Shown here in pieces: positions 58,964 to 64,000 of a stretch of DNA of 64,000 nucleotides. Position numbers and translations under genes: made by a program. The notes beneath the pieces are model-generated. The model was not told the origin of the DNA and did no database searches. It was given only the letters and a program-made list of their open reading frames with translations. Numbering within the stretch: position 1 is the first letter of the stretch; each line of letters begins with the position of its first letter. The stretch is taken from positions 32,801-96,800 of the forward strand of contig WGBC01000084.1 of NCBI GenBank assembly GCA_015494535.1, in the 5' to 3' direction. Source of the DNA: Nitratiruptor sp. (GTDB lineage Bacteria; Campylobacterota; Campylobacteria; Campylobacterales; Nitratiruptoraceae).

Positions 58964-60413
58964 GAAGCTAGCAGATATTCAAGCGGATATTGAGATCATT
59001 TTTGTCATTGAAAAAAACCTGAATCATGATTGGGTAAAAGATAAGAAAGAATTAGAGCTTTTAGGTTTCGAGGGCAAAAGCGAAGAGGTAGCATTATTGC
59101 CAGAAAAAAGGCGCATCTATGTGGGCGTAGACTCACTTGAACACGATGAAATACGCATTGCAGCAGCAAAAACTATCAAAGCTTTGCAAAACAAAAAGTT
59201 TCAAAGCGCAAAAGTAGGCGTTTATATCCAAAACTGCCCTGTAACCAATATCAAGGCTTTCGTAGAGGGGGTTCTACTTGGCAAATATAGCTTTGATAAA
59301 TATAAAAAAGAGCCCAAAAAACACGCCATTAAAACAATCTATATAGCCAATGAAGAGTATAGCAACAAACCTTTCACCATCGAAAACGCCAAAAAAAGTG
59401 TAATCGAAGCAGAGAAATTAGCACAAACCGTCAATTTCGTGCGTGATCTCGTCAATACTCCACCAAATGAGATCTATCCTGCAAAACTGGCTGAAATCGC
59501 TCAAGACGTAGCCAAAAAGTACGAGCTTGAGTGCAATGTCTTGGATGAGGAGGATTTGGCAAAAGAAGGCATGGAAGCAATGCTTGCAGTGGGAAGAGCG
59601 AGTGTCAACAAGCCAAGGCTCATTCACCTAAGCTACATTCCTGCCAACAAAAAAGCGACAGTAGTCTTCGTGGGCAAAGGGCTGACATACGACAGCGGCG
59701 GACTTAGCCTCAAACCAAGCGATTACATGGTAACTATGAAAGCAGATAAAAGCGGCGCGTGTGCTGCAATTGGCATCATAGAGGCTGCAAAGAGATTAGA
59801 GCTACCAGTAGAAGTGCATGCGATTTTGGGTGCGGCTGAGAACATGGTAGGAGGCAACGCCTACAAACCCGATGACATCATCAAAGCAAAAAACGGCAAA
59901 ACTATCGAAGTGCTCAATACCGACGCGGAAGGTAGGCTCGTTTTGGCAGACGCTTTGTGCTATGCTCAAGAAAAAATCAAAGACATCGACTATATCTTCG
60001 ACATCGCAACCCTCACTGGTGCTTGCGTCGTGGCACTGGGTGAATATACGATAGGCGTCATGGGCGAAAATAGCGATCTTAAAGCAAGCATTTTGGATGC
60101 CGCGAAAGCAAGCGGAGAGCTAGCAGCAGAGCTGCCATTCAACCGCTACTTGCCAAAACTTCTAGAGTCCAAGCAAGCAGACATCGCCAACATCAGCTCT
60201 TCACGCTATGGCGGGGCTATTACTGCAGCACTGTTTCTTAAAGAGTTTATTGAAGAGAAAAATATCAAAAAATGGGTGCATCTTGATATCGCAGGACCAG
60301 CTTATGTGCAAAAAGAGTGGGGATACAACCCTTACGGAGCAAGCGGAGCTGGTGTGAGACTTGCAATTAAGTGGCTTCAAAAACAATTCGTATTCAATAA
60401 AAAGCATCCATAA
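58941..60413 (+). CDS. pepA: Leucyl aminopeptidase (M17)
   Basis: VGKGLTYDSGG, NTDAEGRL, ATLTGA and HLDIAG motifs. Confidence 0.96.
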   Translation: MEFQVVDKKLADIQADIEIIFVIEKNLNHDWVKDKKELELLGFEGKSEEVALLPEKRRIYVGVDSLEHDEIRIAAAKTIKALQNKKFQSAKVGVYIQNCPVTNIKAFVEGVLLGKYSFDKYKKEPKKHAIKTIYIANEEYSNKPFTIENAKKSVIEAEKLAQTVNFVRDLVNTPPNEIYPAKLAEIAQDVAKKYELECNVLDEEDLAKEGMEAMLAVGRASVNKPRLIHLSYIPANKKATVVFVGKGLTYDSGGLSLKPSDYMVTMKADKSGACAAIGIIEAAKRLELPVEVHAILGAAENMVGGNAYKPDDIIKAKNGKTIEVLNTDAEGRLVLADALCYAQEKIKDIDYIFDIATLTGACVVALGEYTIGVMGENSDLKASILDAAKASGELAAELPFNRYLPKLLESKQADIANISSSRYGGAITAALFLKEFIEEKNIKKWVHLDIAGPAYVQKEWGYNPYGASGAGVRLAIKWLQKQFVFNKKHP

Positions 60414-60423
60414 ACATCCATTT

Positions 60424-60451
60424 TGGGCATCGACTCGTTCAATGCCCATTT
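60424..60451 (+). terminator. Probable intrinsic terminator after pepA, followed by the ychF extended -10 TGCTATAAT (60453-60461)
   Basis: TGGGCAT...ATGCCCA stem followed by TTT. Confidence 0.55.
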
Positions 60452-60494
60452 ATGCTATAATTGCACAAAATTTAATATTAATTTAAGGAAATAG

Positions 60495-61592
60495 ATGGGA
60501 CTTAGTGTCGGAATCGTAGGACTTCCAAATGTAGGCAAATCCACAACTTTCAATGCTCTCACAAAAGCACAGAACGCAGAAGCGCAAAACTACCCCTTTT
60601 GCACAATCGAGCCAAACAAAGCGTTGGTGCCGGTACCAGATCCAAGACTCGAAGAGCTGGCAAAAATCGTCACACCAGAAAGAGTCTTACACTCCACCAT
60701 CGACTTTGTGGATATAGCCGGGCTTGTGAGAGGTGCTAGCAAAGGCGAAGGTCTTGGCAACCAGTTTCTTAGCAACATTCGTGAAACCGATATGATTTTG
60801 CATATGGTGCGCTGCTTCGAAGATGGCAACATTACGCACGTTGAAGGTAGCGTCGATCCAATTAGAGATATTGAGATTATTGAGACTGAGCTTATATTTG
60901 CCGATTTGCAACAGCTTGAAAAAAAGATCGAAAGACTAAAAAAACAGGCAAAAGCTGACAAAAAAATAGCCCCTTTGCTAGATATTGCCCAAGAACTCAA
61001 AGCGCACTTAGAAGAATTGCAGCCTGTAAGAACGTTTGCCAACAAGAACGAGGCTTTTGAAACACTCAATAAAGAGCTACGCTTTCTCAGTGCCAAGCCC
61101 GTAATTTTTGGAGCAAACGTAGATGAAGAGGGAATGCTCGAAGATAACGATTACGTCAAGGAAGTCAAAGAATATGCCGGCAAAACGGGAGCCGACGTGA
61201 TTAAGCTTTGCGCCAAGCTCGAAGAGGAGTTGGTGGGGCTTGATGAAGAGGAAGCCAAAGAGCTGCTCAGCGAAATGGGCGTCGAGGAGAGCGGACTAGA
61301 TAAAATCATTCGCACGGCTTTCAATCGCTTGGGGCTTATTAGCTACTTCACCGCTGGCGTCAAAGAGGTTAGAAGTTGGACAATCAAGAAAGGCTGGACC
61401 GCTCCGCAGGCTGCAGGGGTAATTCACGGCGATTTTGAAAAAGGATTTATCCGCGCAGAAGTGATAAGCTACGAAGATTTCATTAAATATGGCGGTGAGC
61501 AAGGCGCCAAAGAGGCTGGTAAAATGCGCTTAGAAGGCAAAGACTACATCGTCCAAGATGGCGATGTGATGCATTTTCGCTTCAACGTCTAA
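60495..61592 (+). CDS. ychF: Redox-regulated ATPase YchF
   Basis: [24 protein letters not shown] and FIRAE motifs; TGS domain. Confidence 0.97.
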   Translation: MGLSVGIVGLPNVGKSTTFNALTKAQNAEAQNYPFCTIEPNKALVPVPDPRLEELAKIVTPERVLHSTIDFVDIAGLVRGASKGEGLGNQFLSNIRETDMILHMVRCFEDGNITHVEGSVDPIRDIEIIETELIFADLQQLEKKIERLKKQAKADKKIAPLLDIAQELKAHLEELQPVRTFANKNEAFETLNKELRFLSAKPVIFGANVDEEGMLEDNDYVKEVKEYAGKTGADVIKLCAKLEEELVGLDEEEAKELLSEMGVEESGLDKIIRTAFNRLGLISYFTAGVKEVRSWTIKKGWTAPQAAGVIHGDFEKGFIRAEVISYEDFIKYGGEQGAKEAGKMRLEGKDYIVQDGDVMHFRFNV

Positions 61593-62643
61593 CCAATACC
61601 GCCCCACTCTCGATGTGGGAGGTGTAAGGGAATTGATCGAAAAGTGCCGCTTTTTGGATTCTATGCGTCCTTTGCAGCTGCTGTATATCTCGATGTAGCG
61701 TTAAAGGATTGCAAGAGATATAGATAATTTTTTTAAATTTTGCTACCAGCTCTCTCGTGGCATCATCTAGCCCGCACCTAGGCGGATCCACAAACACCGC
61801 TTCGAAATTGAAACTATCTAAATCCACATCTTTGAGTCTTCGAAACGCCCTTTTCTTGGCCAACGCTTCGCTCACCTCCTCGGCACTAAGCCTCACAAAC
61901 GCAACGTTTTTTATATTATTCAGCGAGGCGTTGAGCTTTGCAGCTTTGATGGCCGTTTTACTCACTTCGGTAGCTAGCACTTTACGGCAATCCTTTGCCA
62001 AAGGAAGCGTAAAATTACCACTACCGCAATATAATTCCAACAAATCCCCTTCTACCTTAGCCTCTTTTGCCCATGCAATCATCTTGGCATTCACAAAAGG
62101 GTTGGGCTGGGTGAAACTGCCTTCATAGTGGTAATATCTGATCCCAGCAATCTCCTCTTCTACATACTCTTTGCCGATGACGTTTTTTTTGCCCCTGCTT
62201 CTGCCAACTATACTAATGCCAAGCTCTTTCGCCAATCTTCTAGCCTGCTCTTCCCACACCTCATCAATTGGCCTATGATAGATAAGGCTAACCAGCGTAT
62301 CTCCAAGAGTAGAGCTTAGAAAATCGAGGCGAAAGAGTTTGTATGAAAGAGTCTCATTAGTGGCTAAATATGCTCTAAGCTTTGGCATCAATGCAAAAAT
62401 GGGCTCCAATACAATGGGACACTCTTCAATTTTGGCAACTCCCCCATCAACGCTATGCATCCCATAGGAGCCATCGATATATCGAAACTCTGCCCTTGCT
62501 CGAAAGTGCTGAGGCTTCGAGGCAAAAATTTCTGGCTCTATGCCAAAAAGCTCTTGAAATTTTACTACCTTCTTTTGTAACTGATCCTCATAGGAACTAA
62601 ACTCCGTGCAGCTTCCACACACACCAAAATATGCACAATTCAT
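61582..62643 (-). CDS. trmA: tRNA (uracil-54-C5)-methyltransferase
   Basis: RARAEF, FTQPN, LELYCGSGNF, VDPPR, YISCNP and DQFPYT.H.E motifs. Confidence 0.93.
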   Translation of the reverse strand: MNCAYFGVCGSCTEFSSYEDQLQKKVVKFQELFGIEPEIFASKPQHFRARAEFRYIDGSYGMHSVDGGVAKIEECPIVLEPIFALMPKLRAYLATNETLSYKLFRLDFLSSTLGDTLVSLIYHRPIDEVWEEQARRLAKELGISIVGRSRGKKNVIGKEYVEEEIAGIRYYHYEGSFTQPNPFVNAKMIAWAKEAKVEGDLLELYCGSGNFTLPLAKDCRKVLATEVSKTAIKAAKLNASLNNIKNVAFVRLSAEEVSEALAKKRAFRRLKDVDLDSFNFEAVFVDPPRCGLDDATRELVAKFKKIIYISCNPLTLHRDIQQLQRTHRIQKAALFDQFPYTSHIESGAVLVRR

Positions 62644-62702
62644 AATATTTGTTAGCCTTCTTACGATAATATAGCAAATAAAATTATATCCAAAGGCGCT
62701 GA

Positions 62703-64000
62703 ATGGATCTTAGTATCGTGATACTCGCAGCCGGCCAGGGCACACGCATGAAAAGCGACTTGCCAAAGGTATTGCATACTATTAGCGATAAGCCAATGAT
62801 TTGGCACATTATCAAAGAGGCAAAGAAACTAAGTGATGATATTAGCGTGGTACTCTACCACAAAGCAGACATCATCAAAGAGTATATCCAAAAAGAGTTC
62901 GATAGTATCAATTTCGTATTGCAAGATCATGCCAACTATCCAGGCACTGGCGGGGCACTCATGGCGGTTAAGCCAAAGCATGATAAAGTCTTGGTCCTCA
63001 ATGGCGATATGCCCCTCATCCAGGCAAAAGAGCTTGAGCAGTTTTTAGCAGTTGAGGCTGATATTGTCATGAGCGTGATTGAGCTGGAAGACCCAAGCGG
63101 CTATGGGAGGGTGGTGATTTGCGACAACCAAGTAGAAAAAATAGTAGAGCAAAAGGATGCAAGCGAAGAGGAGCTTTGCATAACAAGCGTTAACGCGGGA
63201 GTCTATCTTTTTAAAAAAGAGATCTTAGAAAAATTCCTCCCAAAACTCTCCAACGACAACGCCCAAAAGGAGTACTATCTCACAGACATCATAGCCTTTG
63301 CAAAAAATGAGGGCTATACCATCAAACCACTCTTTGTCCATGAGGAAAACTTCAAAGGCGTCAATTCCAAAGCAGATCTCGCAGCCGCCGAAGAGATTAT
63401 GCAAGATCGCATCAAGAACGAGTGGATGCAAAAGGGGGTCATTTTTCGCTTGCCAAAGACGAGCTTCGTAGGGGTGGAAGTGGAGTTTGATGGAGAGTGC
63501 GAGGTGGAGAGTGGCTGCGTAATAAAAGGCAAAAGCATTGTCAAGCAGAGCCACATCAAAGCAAATAGTGTCATTGAAAATGCCTCAATCTCCTTTTGCT
63601 CCATTGGCCCCATGGCTCGCATCCGCCCCAAAAGCAAGCTCCAAGACACCCACATTGGCAACTTTGTAGAGGTCAAAAATTCTAAGCTCACTGGCGTTAA
63701 AGCTGGACATTTAAGCTACCTTGGCGATTGCGAGATTGACGAAGGCACAAATGTGGGAGCTGGAACAATTACGTGCAATTATGATGGGAAACAAAAACAC
63801 AGAACCATTATTGGCAAAAATGTCTTCATAGGCAGCGATACCCAGCTAGTAGCCCCTGTAAAAATCGAGGATAATGTGATTATCGCGGCGGGTACGACTG
63901 TCACAAAAGATGTAGAAAAAGGCTCTCTTGCCATTAGCAGAACACCGCTAAAGATTGTGAAAGATTTCTACTATAAATTTTTTGGGAAGAGCAATGCTAA
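62703..64000 (+). CDS. glmU: Bifunctional UDP-GlcNAc pyrophosphorylase/glucosamine-1-P acetyltransferase (stop codon just beyond the window)
   Basis: Manual translation [45 protein letters not shown] and TCNYDG; missing from the ORF track because no stop lies in the window. Confidence 0.96.
   Translation, partial: MDLSIVILAAGQGTRMKSDLPKVLHTISDKPMIWHIIKEAKKLSDDISVVLYHKADIIKEYIQKEFDSINFVLQDHANYPGTGGALMAVKPKHDKVLVLNGDMPLIQAKELEQFLAVEADIVMSVIELEDPSGYGRVVICDNQVEKIVEQKDASEEELCITSVNAGVYLFKKEILEKFLPKLSNDNAQKEYYLTDIIAFAKNEGYTIKPLFVHEENFKGVNSKADLAAAEEIMQDRIKNEWMQKGVIFRLPKTSFVGVEVEFDGECEVESGCVIKGKSIVKQSHIKANSVIENASISFCSIGPMARIRPKSKLQDTHIGNFVEVKNSKLTGVKAGHLSYLGDCEIDEGTNVGAGTITCNYDGKQKHRTIIGKNVFIGSDTQLVAPVKIEDNVIIAAGTTVTKDVEKGSLAISRTPLKIVKDFYYKFFGKSNA

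Overview
Gene-dense chromosomal window from a Campylobacterota (epsilon-proteobacterial) bacterium. Gene order and content suggest a Nitratiruptor-like free-living organism (inference). Most of it is housekeeping: engB-lptA-lptC-kdsC-hisB-rlpA-mltD-tatD-recN-nadK, aspS-adk-ppa, amiA-tyrS-spoT-rpoZ-pyrH-envC-ftsXE-trmB-FN3 lipoprotein-rluD/rodA, hemH-glyS-trmL-purU-cca-leuBD, rpoD, hemL, folD-lepB-rpiB-apt-trpB-dedA-pepA-ychF, trmA and glmU, plus two tRNAs (CAT, probably Ile2, and Glu-TTC). I saw no CRISPR array, prophage, integrase or transposase. The strongest candidate for a new system is a translationally coupled four-gene cassette at 47200-52326. It encodes an N-acyl amino acid synthase-like (exosortase-associated/LuxI-fold) acyltransferase, a TonB-dependent receptor, a YfiR-like periplasmic protein and a membrane HAMP-GGDEF-EAL protein, and it faces a probably leaderless tonB. 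It could be a LuxR-independent 'make a signal, sense it, change c-di-GMP' circuit. Lesser points: a tRNA-bracketed L,D-transpeptidase/MepK module, a pentaheme cytochrome/ABC/deacetylase operon, an orphan feoA, two small membrane ORFs absent from the ORF track, and a possible non-canonical start for amiA.
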